Assembly: GCA_017478205.1 (NCBI GenBank)
Contig: JAFVDZ010000045.1
Location: 1,080 to 65,079 of the forward strand
Reading direction: 5' to 3'
Length of the DNA stretch: 64,000 bases
From: Spirochaetales bacterium
GTDB lineage: Bacteria > Spirochaetota > Spirochaetia > Sphaerochaetales > Sphaerochaetaceae
The translations under genes were made by a program, and so were the position numbers. The notes beneath the pieces were generated by a model that worked only from the letters and a program-made list of their open reading frames with translations, ran no database searches and was not told the DNA's origin. Numbering within the stretch: the stretch's first letter is position 1; each line of letters starts with the position of its first letter. Below are positions 11,566-19,967 of the stretch, piece by piece.

Positions 11566-11598
11566 AGCCTGTGCCAGATTTTTCTTCCTGCACAGGCT
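11566..11598 (-). terminator. Intrinsic terminator downstream of the RNA ligase gene
   Basis: AGCCTGTGC/GCACAGGCT 9-bp stem, T-rich tail on the minus strand. Confidence 0.7.
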
Positions 11599-11603
11599 TG
11601 AAT

Positions 11604-12647
11604 TCAATCTTTTTGCTTGATCAGGTAATCATTGTTGATCACCTTGAAAGAGAGCGGACCCATCAAAATAGGCGAGTAGACTGGAACAGTCGGTCTTATT
11701 ACTATTCCTTCTTTATTGTTGCCACTCTTATATTTTCCTTTAGCTCTTTCAATGAGTTCATCGACGGTTTTATAGGGAAGATTTGGTCCCGTCTCTTCAA
11801 CAGGTACCATATCTATTTTTGATGCCTCTGAGAAGATTTTTAGTTCTTCAAGACCAAGTCTTTTGTTCTTATCAAGATCGATAAGTGTAAAGACATACCA
11901 ATTGGGCTGAGATAGCTTCAATGGATTCTTCTGAATTCCTTCTCCACAGAACTCCCCCTGGACTGCAAGATTTTTGACACTCAGAGCCTTGGCTCCTGTC
12001 TGTATCTTCTCCTTTATTCCTTTTTTGTGAACAAATCTCCAGGCAGGACTTGTTTCATCATCCGCAAGTTCATAGTTGCGTGAGCATACACCAAAACTTT
12101 CGTCTATTAGATACATGGTGACACTTGTGCCATCCATCTTTGTAGAGATGTAATATTCACGATTGTCGAATTCCTTGATGATTTCAGGAATCTCCTGAAC
12201 TCTTGTTTCATCTGTCTTTGGAATACCACCGGGGAAATCTCCGATTATCTTGCCACTTCCTGTAGCAATTTCAGCTATCTCCCATTTCTTTACGCCTAAG
12301 AAAGAGGCAACAGATTCACCAACTTCCCACTTCCTATTGCTCTCACCAAGTATTGAGAGAGGCAGTACAAGTCCCTGTGAAATCTGTCCTCGGAATGTGC
12401 GAGTTCTGATAAGGAAGCCTTCGCCATTGATATCATTCTTCTTATAGCATCCATTTCGAAGGAATTCGAATTTCTCATCGATTGGCAAGAAGGCATCTAC
12501 TTCGAAATAGACGCAGATATCACCTTTCTTGAAATCACCTTTCTTCGCAACACACTTCCATCCGAGTACAGAAACAAGCTCTATCTTGTCTGCTCCCTCA
12601 ATTGGCTGGATGTCCCAAATTACTTGTACACTTGCTAACTTTCTCAT
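11604..12647 (-). CDS. ATP-dependent RNA ligase, DRB0094/Rnl5-like family
   Basis: N-terminal RKLASVQ..PIEGADKIE..VLGWKCV OB-like domain. Nucleotidyltransferase motifs KMDGTS, QGEFCG, EGIV and FKVIN. AAAGGAG RBS. Confidence 0.9.
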   Translation of the reverse strand: MRKLASVQVIWDIQPIEGADKIELVSVLGWKCVAKKGDFKKGDICVYFEVDAFLPIDEKFEFLRNGCYKKNDINGEGFLIRTRTFRGQISQGLVLPLSILGESNRKWEVGESVASFLGVKKWEIAEIATGSGKIIGDFPGGIPKTDETRVQEIPEIIKEFDNREYYISTKMDGTSVTMYLIDESFGVCSRNYELADDETSPAWRFVHKKGIKEKIQTGAKALSVKNLAVQGEFCGEGIQKNPLKLSQPNWYVFTLIDLDKNKRLGLEELKIFSEASKIDMVPVEETGPNLPYKTVDELIERAKGKYKSGNNKEGIVIRPTVPVYSPILMGPLSFKVINNDYLIKQKD

Positions 12648-12678
12648 CTTGTCTCCTTTCTTCTTTTGCAATATAAAA

Positions 12679-12716
12679 GGCATCAGAGCTCCCTCGGGGA
12701 CTAGGAGACTGATGCC
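12679..12716 (-). promoter_or_regulatory. Terminator-like hairpin in the RNA ligase 5' leader (attenuator)
   Basis: GGCATCAG...CTGATGCC 8-bp stem followed by TTTTAT, about 30 nt before the ligase start. Confidence 0.6.
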
Positions 12717-12758
12717 AAAGGCAAATAATTGTCTTAGGGAGAAAAAAAAAGATAGTTT

Positions 12759-12815
12759 TCAGAGCTGGTAGCTAGAGAGAATGGAATGACACGCTATCAG
12801 CTCTGATTGCATCAT
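12759..12815 (-). CDS. Putative 18-aa leader peptide MMQSELIACHSILSSYQL upstream of the RNA ligase
   Basis: Strong AAGGAGG RBS. The ORF coincides with a hairpin (CAGAGCTGATAG/CTACCAGCTCTG) that competes with the downstream terminator. Confidence 0.5.
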   Translation of the reverse strand: MMQSELIACHSILSSYQL

Positions 12816-12862
12816 CTTTCCTCCTTCAAGGATATGATGACGCATATGGAAAGATATTTCAT

Positions 12863-13192
12863 TCAACTTGCAGTTGAATTTAAACTGCCTATCCTATAGA
12901 TAATTACAGGCTCACAGATTTCAATATCTTCTACCTGTTTTGTAATATAAAGTTCTTCAACGTGACAGTTGTACAATTTTGAAAGCAGCGTGAGATGCTC
13001 AAGGCGTGGAATACTTTTATGTTTTTCATTTTCCCATGCGTAGATAGCTGTAGGTGTCTCAAAGCCAAAAACTTCCTGCAGATCCTTGATGGAATAGCCA
13101 TTCTTGATTCTTAGCTCTTTTAAAAGTCTAGAGGTCTTTATGTAATCAATGATATAAAAAATACGTGTATGAAATGAATTGCTGTATTCCAT
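12863..13192 (-). CDS. XRE/Cro-family HTH transcriptional regulator
   Basis: LKELRIKNGYSIKDLQEVFGFETPTAIYAWE...IPRLEHLTLLSKLY HTH_3 pattern. Confidence 0.9.
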   Translation of the reverse strand: MEYSNSFHTRIFYIIDYIKTSRLLKELRIKNGYSIKDLQEVFGFETPTAIYAWENEKHKSIPRLEHLTLLSKLYNCHVEELYITKQVEDIEICEPVIIYRIGSLNSTAS

Positions 13193-13239
13193 ACACGTAT
13201 TATAACGCAATTTTCTATGTTGGGACATTCAACTGCTAG

Positions 13240-14673
13240 TTAACAAATGCTATCCCTGATCTTTCTGATCCTATCTACGAGTCTATCAAGATGAGCTGTT
13301 GTCAATGCAGGATTAAGTAGTGTGAACTTCAGCATCGTAACTCCATCCTTTACTGTCTGGCCAATTACAGTACCCTCACTTAAAAGAACTCTTCTTATCT
13401 TCTTGTTTACTTCGTCACTTGTCCTGGTTGCAAAGACAACTGAACTGATTTCAGGCTCGACAGGGCAGATGAATGCCTTGTCGTCCTTAAGAAGGTCATA
13501 GAGGTATTTTGCATTCTCGACAGAGTGGTCAATTATCTTGCCAAAGCCATCCTTTCCTCTGCAGACGAAACTGACATATACCTTGATGGCATCAGCTCTT
13601 CTAGTTGTCTGCATAGACTTTCCAACAAGGTTGATGTATCCATCCTCCTCATCTTCTTCTCTGTTGAGGTAATCTGCATGGAGCTCGAAGCAATCAAGAA
13701 GACTCTTGTCCTTTACAAGTACACATGAGCAGCTGATAGGGAGGAGGAACATCTTGTGGAAATCGATCGTGATAGAATCACAGAGAGAAACATCGCCAAG
13801 GCGGTATCTGTACTTATCGCTCATCAATAGTCCTGAGCCATAGGCTGCATCGGCATGCAGATGCATGTGATACTTGTCACAGAGCCTTCTCATTTCACCA
13901 ATATCATCAATTGAACCAAAATCGGTAGTTCCGAGTGTTGCAACAGCACAGAATGGAATGAAACCTTTCCTGACATCTTCTTCTAGCAACTTTTCAAATG
14001 CCTTGATATCAACCTTTTCCTTATCATCTACAGGAAGCTTTCCTACAGCTTCGTATCCTAGTCCCAGAATATGGCAGGCTTTGTCCATAGAGAAGTGGGA
14101 GATTGAGGATGTGTAGAGTTTGAGTTTCCTGTAGCATTCAGGAAGCCCATACTTCTTCACATCGTATCCCAGCTCTTTCTTGCAGAAGCTGTCGCGGGCA
14201 GCGATGATTGCGCTGATATTCGATTGGGAGCCACCACTTGTGAAGTTGCCATCGCCGTTCTCAAAACCGACAAGCTTTGCAAGGCGATCAAGTACAGCTA
14301 CCTCCATTTCAGTTGGAAGAGGGGACTGGTCCCAACTGTCCATCGAATCATTGAAAACTGAGATTATCAACTCGGCTGCAATCGATTCAAGGAGAGCAGG
14401 GGAGTGGAGGTGTGGCATGTAATCTGTTGACCAGGTTTTCAGCATGTGAGGGAGAAAATCCTTCACATTCTCTAAAGTCTTATCAAATCCCAAACCCTCT
14501 TCAGGAAGAATTTCAAGCTTGTTTACCTTTTCTCTCAACACAAGAGGATCGATACCAGAGAAGGCACTCTCATCCTTGATGGAAGTCAAGATTGCATCGA
14601 GAGTTTTCATTATCATGCTTCTGAATTCATCCTTTACCTTCTGATCAGATGAAAGAACTAGAGAATTTGCCAT
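13240..14673 (-). CDS. Group II PLP-dependent decarboxylase (diaminobutyrate decarboxylase-like)
   Basis: HLHSP, SGGSQSN, SHFS, ATLGTTDFGSIDD, HADAAYG and SITIDFHK (PLP lysine). Confidence 0.85.
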   Translation of the reverse strand: MANSLVLSSDQKVKDEFRSMIMKTLDAILTSIKDESAFSGIDPLVLREKVNKLEILPEEGLGFDKTLENVKDFLPHMLKTWSTDYMPHLHSPALLESIAAELIISVFNDSMDSWDQSPLPTEMEVAVLDRLAKLVGFENGDGNFTSGGSQSNISAIIAARDSFCKKELGYDVKKYGLPECYRKLKLYTSSISHFSMDKACHILGLGYEAVGKLPVDDKEKVDIKAFEKLLEEDVRKGFIPFCAVATLGTTDFGSIDDIGEMRRLCDKYHMHLHADAAYGSGLLMSDKYRYRLGDVSLCDSITIDFHKMFLLPISCSCVLVKDKSLLDCFELHADYLNREEDEEDGYINLVGKSMQTTRRADAIKVYVSFVCRGKDGFGKIIDHSVENAKYLYDLLKDDKAFICPVEPEISSVVFATRTSDEVNKKIRRVLLSEGTVIGQTVKDGVTMLKFTLLNPALTTAHLDRLVDRIRKIRDSIC

Positions 14674-14817
14674 AGCTACTCCTTTTGATAGTTGTTGATA
14701 ACATCATTATGCATTTTTTCAACCAGCTGTAAAAGAAAAAGCTCTCAAGTTATGAGAGCTTATATCAAAACTAAATAAATATGATTAATAAATGATATTT
14801 GTTGAATATCGATTATA

Positions 14818-15564
14818 TTAAAAACTCATACCAATACCAACAAATGGACTTGCTGCAAATCGGTGAGCATCGTAATCCTTTGCCTTTAGAGATTCGTCGA
14901 TACCGATAGCAGAGAGCTTCATGTTGATATTCCACAGAAGTGCTGCAGAAGCTTCTACACCGAAGTTGATGAAGACGTTTCTGTTCACGAAATACTTACC
15001 ACTGAGCTCGTACATGAGACCAAAGTAGTTATCCGTTCTGTCGATCGGAGTGTTCTTGTTGACCTTGGAATTCTTGGATCCTGAATTCTGATTTGAATGT
15101 GTCCAATAGAGCATGAGTGCCATCTGAGCCTGGAATCGTGAGTTGTTAACAAAACGATATGCAGGACCTACTGCTATTGTTGTAATCCAGCCAAATTCAT
15201 CGAGACTGCTGTTCCAAAGTTCGATATGAGGTTCAACGGTTCCAGCAAGACCATTCTGGATCATCCATGTGGATGCTCCTGTCATATAATTATATCTGAA
15301 GTACTTGTCCAAGGCGGCACTTGCCTGGAAGCCGAAGTTGTTATCAAAGAATTTATCGGCCTGTACTTCAGCATGGAAGGAGTATGCAAGCTCAGAGCTC
15401 TGCTTTCCATCTAGGAACTTCGCTCCGTTGGGTGTATCAGAAGAGATATATATATTCTGATGTGTGTAGGTATAGCCTGCATTGAATGACACAGATGAGT
15501 TTCTGCTTGCGAAAGCACTGAAACATACTAAAAGAACAAGTGCAAGTGTAATTATTTTTTTCAT
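14818..15564 (-). CDS. Putative outer-membrane beta-barrel protein
   Basis: Signal peptide, alternating aromatic/hydrophobic strands, terminal Phe (FVGIGMSF). Confidence 0.6.
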   Translation of the reverse strand: MKKIITLALVLLVCFSAFASRNSSVSFNAGYTYTHQNIYISSDTPNGAKFLDGKQSSELAYSFHAEVQADKFFDNNFGFQASAALDKYFRYNYMTGASTWMIQNGLAGTVEPHIELWNSSLDEFGWITTIAVGPAYRFVNNSRFQAQMALMLYWTHSNQNSGSKNSKVNKNTPIDRTDNYFGLMYELSGKYFVNRNVFINFGVEASAALLWNINMKLSAIGIDESLKAKDYDAHRFAASPFVGIGMSF

Positions 15565-15689
15565 TTTGTCCCCTATGTGAATAGAATTGACATATTAAGA
15601 TAAAAATGTCAATAAAAACAAAATAATTAAAAATGTAAAAATAAACTGAGTTTATCATCAGATAATACTCGTATCTAAATGAAAAAGAA

Positions 15690-15719
15690 TGGCTGTAACA
15701 TTTGAGTCAGTTACAGCCA
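15690..15719 (-). terminator. Intrinsic terminator of mgtE
   Basis: TGGCTGTAAC/GTTACAGCCA 10-bp stem plus TTCTTTTT on the minus strand. Confidence 0.75.
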
Positions 15720-15725
15720 GATTAA

Positions 15726-17099
15726 TTAAAGCAGAATTGCTTTGGTTATAGAGAAGTAGATGAGTAGTGATAGTGCATCTACTATAGTTGTTATGAAAGG
15801 ACTTGCCATTACAGCAGGGTCAAAGCCAATCTTCTTGGCTATCACAGGAAGAGAGCAACCAATCAGCTTCGCAACAATTATTGTTGCTGCCATTGTGATA
15901 CAGACAAGTAGTGCAACCTGTGCTGTTATATCTGTATTGCCGATAAGCAATCTATCTACAAGCATGATCTTGATAAAACAGAGGACTGAAAGGACAGTAG
16001 CGCAGAGTAGGGCTGTTGCCAATTCCTTTGTTATTATCTTAGGTAGATCATTGAATTCAACTTCACCTAAGCTCAACGCTCTTATGATAGTAACTGAACT
16101 CTGAGAGCCGGAGTTACCACCTGTATCCATCAGCATCGGGATGAATGCTGTCAAGACAACCATTCTTGAGAGCGCATCCTCGAATCCTGCGATGATAAGG
16201 CCTGTGAAGGTTGCAGAGACCATGAGAATCATGAGCCAAGGAATTCGATGCCTGAAGATGTCGATAGGGGATGACTTCATATATGTTTTATCAGAAGGCA
16301 TCATACCACCCATGAGTTCGATATCCTCTGTGGTCTCTTCTTCCATGACATCCATAGCATCGTCGACTGTTATGATTCCAACTATCAAACCTTCAGAATC
16401 GACAACAGGAAGTGCAAGCAAGTTGTAGCGAGCAAATATCCTGGCAACCTCTTCCTGGTCAGTATTTGTATTGACACTTATGAAGTTTGTCTGTGTAAGG
16501 GAAAGAATCTTGATAGAGTCATCTTTTGCAAGCAATAGGTCCTTTACAGAAACAGTTCCGATGAGTTTCCTATTTTCAGTGACATAGCAAGTGTAGATGG
16601 TTTCCCTGTCGTATCCTGTTCTTCTGATGTGCTCGATAGCCTGTCCCACATTATAATTAGAGGATAGAGAAACATACTCTGTCGTCATGACAGAGCCTGC
16701 GGAATCCTCTGGATAGCGCAGTATCTGGTTTATATCTTTCCTCATGTCTGGAGCTGCCTGCTCAAGAATTCTCCTGACTACGTTTGCAGGCATTTCTTCG
16801 ACGATATCTACAGCATCATCGACATATAGCTCGTCGATGACTAGTTTGAGCTCTGAATCAGAAAAACTCTGGATCAGGAGCTCCTGGCTGTCGCTATCCA
16901 TCTCGACAAAGGTCTCTGCAGCGAGCTCCTTTGGAAGGAGTCGGAAGATCTTTGGCAGCTGCTGCTGCGAAACTTCATCAAGAATTGCTGCGATATCTGA
17001 TGGGTTCATGGTGGAAAGTACATCTTTGATAGATAGGTACTTTCTTTCTTCAAGTAACTTTTTAAGTGTATTCTCTAGTACGATATTTAATTCTGACAT
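15726..17099 (-). CDS. mgtE: Magnesium transporter MgtE
   Basis: MgtE_N, tandem CBS domains (SAGSVMTTEY), DTGGNSGSQ and DPAVMASPFITTIVD. Confidence 0.97.
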   Translation of the reverse strand: MSELNIVLENTLKKLLEERKYLSIKDVLSTMNPSDIAAILDEVSQQQLPKIFRLLPKELAAETFVEMDSDSQELLIQSFSDSELKLVIDELYVDDAVDIVEEMPANVVRRILEQAAPDMRKDINQILRYPEDSAGSVMTTEYVSLSSNYNVGQAIEHIRRTGYDRETIYTCYVTENRKLIGTVSVKDLLLAKDDSIKILSLTQTNFISVNTNTDQEEVARIFARYNLLALPVVDSEGLIVGIITVDDAMDVMEEETTEDIELMGGMMPSDKTYMKSSPIDIFRHRIPWLMILMVSATFTGLIIAGFEDALSRMVVLTAFIPMLMDTGGNSGSQSSVTIIRALSLGEVEFNDLPKIITKELATALLCATVLSVLCFIKIMLVDRLLIGNTDITAQVALLVCITMAATIIVAKLIGCSLPVIAKKIGFDPAVMASPFITTIVDALSLLIYFSITKAILL

Positions 17100-17167
17100 A
17101 ACAAAAATCCCCTTTGAAAAAGGTGGCCATTGTGATACAGAAAACCGGACAATAGATGAACTATTCT

Positions 17168-17224
17168 TCAGAATGAAATAAGGAGGAATTGTTCTCTACT
17201 AGGGCCAGGGTTTGCTGATTCCAT
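17168..17224 (-). CDS. Putative 18-aa leader peptide MESANPGPSREQFLLISF upstream of mgtE
   Basis: AGGAGG RBS downstream of a TTGACA-17-TAAGTT promoter (17301-17273). An internal TTCCTCCT is complementary to its own RBS. Confidence 0.55.
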   Translation of the reverse strand: MESANPGPSREQFLLISF

Positions 17225-17334
17225 GACGATTTCCTCCTGTTAACTTAATAAATAGGCTCAAAGCCCATTAACAACTTAAATTAGCCTTCGATCAATGTCA
17301 AGGAAAAAGGAAATAGAATAATAATAATAAAAAT

Positions 17335-17495
17335 GTTAAATCATACTAACTTTTATAAAAAATGTACTTGATATTCCTATTTACTTGGTGTATGTTAGTT
17401 ATAGCTAACTTATTGAAACTGATTTCACTCCTATTGTTGTTGTTTGTTTGGAACTTTCTCTTGAAATTACGTTTATAAAGTTAGTGCATACTAAC
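17335..17495. promoter_or_regulatory. Three GTTAG-N6-CTAAC palindromic operator boxes around the DUF3793-flavodoxin promoter
   Basis: GTTAAATCATACTAAC (17335-17350), GTTAGTTATAGCTAAC (17394-17409) and GTTAGTGCATACTAAC (17480-17495). Promoter TTGATA-17-TATGTT at 17368-17396. Confidence 0.75.
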
Positions 17496-17510
17496 AAACA
17501 AGGAGGGGAT

Positions 17511-18050
17511 ATGACACTAGAAAGGCTGCTGGTAACAAATTCAGCCCCTACTCTGGCCAACATGAAGTGTTCGTCATTGATATGCCTCAAGGGACTGAAT
17601 GGAGCAGTGGAAAGTGTCGTTGCCCGTCTGGAGAAGAAGGGATTGAAATTCCGCTTCTTATCAAGCCACTCTGGCAATCCTCTCCTGTTTGTCTTTCGCC
17701 AATCAGAGCTGATGGATGCAATAAGATCCAAAGAAGCTAGCACATATCTTGAAAGTATTGGTTACGATACATCCAATCTTGAATCCTGTCTTTCTCTTCT
17801 CGAGAAAAGACTGCATGAAGAGGATTTTCCTCACGAGATAGGTTTCTTCTTGGGATACCCAGCAGAGGATGTCCTTCAATATATAAAGGAAGATGGACGA
17901 AATTACATTTCTTCAGGTCTTTGGAAGGTCTATACAAACAAAGAGAAGGCTGAAAAGACCTTCATGAAATATGAGAAGTGCAGAAAGGTATATATGACAC
18001 TTTTTGCAAATGGATTTTCAATCGACAGGCTGTGCATACGCACTGCCTGA
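17511..18050 (+). CDS. DUF3793 family protein
   Basis: SAPTLANMKCSSL, FPHEIGFFLGYP and WKVY motifs; adjacent to flavodoxin as is usual for this family. Confidence 0.9.
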   Translation: MTLERLLVTNSAPTLANMKCSSLICLKGLNGAVESVVARLEKKGLKFRFLSSHSGNPLLFVFRQSELMDAIRSKEASTYLESIGYDTSNLESCLSLLEKRLHEEDFPHEIGFFLGYPAEDVLQYIKEDGRNYISSGLWKVYTNKEKAEKTFMKYEKCRKVYMTLFANGFSIDRLCIRTA

Positions 18051-18066
18051 TAGGAAGGAGAAAAAT

Positions 18067-18471
18067 ATGAAGTCTTGTGTAGTATTCTATTCTACAACAG
18101 GTAACACAGAGGCGATGGCTAATATTGTCGCTTCAGCTGCAGGTGTTGAGCTTATCAACGCTGATAGCTTCACACCTGATATGGTTGCAAACTATGATGC
18201 AATCGCATTTGGTTGCCCAGCAATGGGTGAAGAAGTCCTTGAAGAGGATGTATTCGAGCCAATGTTCACAGCAATCGAAGGATCTCTCAGTGGCAAGAAA
18301 GTTGCTCTCTTCGGTTCCTATGGTTGGGGTGATGGAGAATGGATGAGAAACTGGGCTGATAGAGTAAAGGCTGACGGTGCTGAACTGCTTTGTGAGCCAG
18401 TAATTTGTCAGGAAGCTCCAGATGCTGATGCAGAAGCATCTCTCAAGGATCTTGCTGCAAAGCTTGCTTGA
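18067..18471 (+). CDS. Short-chain flavodoxin
   Basis: STTGNT FMN loop, GCPAMGEE, FGSYGWGDGEWM. Confidence 0.95.
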   Translation: MKSCVVFYSTTGNTEAMANIVASAAGVELINADSFTPDMVANYDAIAFGCPAMGEEVLEEDVFEPMFTAIEGSLSGKKVALFGSYGWGDGEWMRNWADRVKADGAELLCEPVICQEAPDADAEASLKDLAAKLA

Positions 18472-18487
18472 TTTATTGTGCTTTATT

Positions 18488-18511
18488 ATCCGCCGGTGAA
18501 AATCGGCGGAT
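18488..18511 (+). terminator. Intrinsic terminator after flavodoxin
   Basis: ATCCGCCG/CGGCGGAT stem plus TTAT. Confidence 0.7.
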
Positions 18512-18617
18512 TTATATCGCAAAAAAAAGCGTAAAAATATATTGACACTTTGAATAGTTTGGTTCATTATCTCATACGTTGATTGCGCTGGTAATGTACA
18601 CCGGACTTTCACACAAT

Positions 18618-18690
18618 GGTGGAAGTAGTTCAGTGGTAGAGCGCCAGATTGTGGATCTGGTTGTCGAGGGTTCGAACCCCTTCTTCCACC
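18618..18690 (+). tRNA. tRNA-His(GUG)
   Basis: Cloverleaf, anticodon loop TTGTGGA, genomic G-1, discriminator C. Confidence 0.95.
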
Positions 18691-18710
18691 CACACCTTAC
18701 TAAGGTAAGG

Positions 18711-18784
18711 GCGCTTGTAGCTCAGCTGGATAGAGCGTCGGACTTCGAATCCGCAGGTCGTAGGTTCGAATCCTACCGGGCGCG
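18711..18784 (+). tRNA. tRNA-Arg(UCG)
   Basis: Cloverleaf, loop CTTCGAA, GGTTCGAAT T-arm. Confidence 0.93.
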
Positions 18785-18802
18785 AGAGATTTTTGAAAAC
18801 AT

Positions 18803-18875
18803 GGGCCGCTAGCTCAGCTGGTAGAGCAACAGACTCTTAATCTGTGGGTCAAAGGTTCGATCCCTTTGCGGCTCA
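18803..18875 (+). tRNA. tRNA-Lys(CUU)
   Basis: Cloverleaf, loop CTCTTAA. Confidence 0.95.
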
Positions 18876-18886
18876 TATTACACACC

Positions 18887-18967
18887 GCGAGAGTGGTGAA
18901 ATTGGCAGACACGCTAGATTTAGGTTCTAGTATCTCAGATGTGCGGGTTCAAGTCCCGCCTCTCGCA
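18887..18967 (+). tRNA. tRNA-Leu(UAG)
   Basis: Cloverleaf with long variable arm, loop TTTAGGT. Confidence 0.93.
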
Positions 18968-19005
18968 GAGATTGGCTGAAGTCTAATGATGTAAGCCTAA
19001 AAATT

Positions 19006-19077
19006 GCGGAAGTAGCACAGTGGTAGTGCTCCACCTTGCCAAGGTGGATGTCGCGGGTTCAAGTCCCGTCTTCCGCT
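19006..19077 (+). tRNA. tRNA-Gly(GCC)
   Basis: Cloverleaf, loop TTGCCAA. Confidence 0.95.
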
Positions 19078-19125
19078 CTACAGACTCTAAGGAGTCAGTC
19101 AGATGAGAGTTCTGACAAATCTTCC

Positions 19126-19198
19126 GGGCCGATAGCTCAGCTGGTAGAGCAACAGACTCTTAATCTGTGGGTCCAAGGTTCGATCCCTTGACGGCTCA
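19126..19198 (+). tRNA. tRNA-Lys(CUU), second copy with A7:A66 mismatch
   Basis: Cloverleaf, loop CTCTTAA; acceptor GGGCCGA/ACGGCTC. Confidence 0.9.
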
Positions 19199-19205
19199 AG
19201 CATAT

Positions 19206-19277
19206 GCGGAAGTAGCACAGTGGTAGTGCTCCACCTTGCCAAGGTGGATGTCGCGGGTTCAAGTCCCGTCTTCCGCT
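19206..19277 (+). tRNA. tRNA-Gly(GCC), identical second copy
   Basis: Identical to 19006-19077, 200 bp downstream. Confidence 0.95.
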
Positions 19278-19284
19278 CTAGAGT

Positions 19285-19323
19285 AAATCCTTCTGGTAAG
19301 AAATTACTGGAAGGATTTCTTTT
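19285..19323 (+). terminator. tRNA operon terminator
   Basis: AAATCCTTCTGGTAA-GAAA-TTACTGGAAGGATTT stem plus CTTTTT. Confidence 0.8.
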
Positions 19324-19360
19324 TGTCCTCAAATACCTGTTTATCTTCATGTAAGAACAC
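19304..19360 (-). pseudogene. Truncated AbiEii-like toxin stub (first ~12 codons)
   Basis: GTG start with GGAG RBS overlapping the antitoxin stop. Reads MFLHEDKQVFED (typical LHEDK start of DUF6088-paired nucleotidyltransferase toxins), then runs into the terminator. Confidence 0.55.
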
Positions 19361-19967
19361 TTGTCAACTCCATATCGTAGATTGCCTTGTAGGTTCTGAG
19401 CGGATAGCTCGGAAGAATCTTGTCCACCATGTTCTTTCTTATTCTATTCTTTGCGATATAGTTTTTCAAACACTCCGAGGAATTGATGTGGGAGTCGGAC
19501 AGATCATCAATGTCTTTGAGAACCTCAAGCAGCATAACTGTCTTTACGTTTTCCCTTGTTATCGTTACAGGCGATTTTCGGACAACATAACTGAATTTGC
19601 CTACCTTGACCTTTCTTGTGATTGCACTTGTGTTATTGCTTACAATCTCCTTTACCTGCGGAACCTGCTCCGAAAGACCCATCATGTTTGCAAGGGTATG
19701 ACCGGTATAGCAGCCGTAATTGTTTGTCTTGTTGCTGAGATACTTGAGCTCGGCTACTGTATCTGCATTGAGAGTATAAGGCACACCGGACACGGTCTTC
19801 CTGGGAAGATAATAAACACCATCCATATAACGGCAGAGACTGCCTTCATCTACCAGTTTCTTCATCTGCTGGCAAAGGTTGTCATACTTAATATCAAGTT
19901 CAAGGTTCTGCAGGAGAATTGGTTCTCCCGGCTTGTAGTTCTCTTTGATATAGTCCAGCAGCATCAT
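19347..19967 (-). CDS. DUF6088/AbiEi-like type IV antitoxin (wHTH)
   Basis: YIKENYKPGEPI, GVYYLPRK, TGHTLANMMGLSEQVP and VKTVMLLEVLKD match the family pattern. Confidence 0.8.
   Translation of the reverse strand: MMLLDYIKENYKPGEPILLQNLELDIKYDNLCQQMKKLVDEGSLCRYMDGVYYLPRKTVSGVPYTLNADTVAELKYLSNKTNNYGCYTGHTLANMMGLSEQVPQVKEIVSNNTSAITRKVKVGKFSYVVRKSPVTITRENVKTVMLLEVLKDIDDLSDSHINSSECLKNYIAKNRIRKNMVDKILPSYPLRTYKAIYDMELTSVLT

Noticed and set aside
17100-17300. M-box (ykoK) riboswitch upstream of mgtE
   Set aside because: The conserved M-box architecture was not recognisable; a leader-peptide model fits better.
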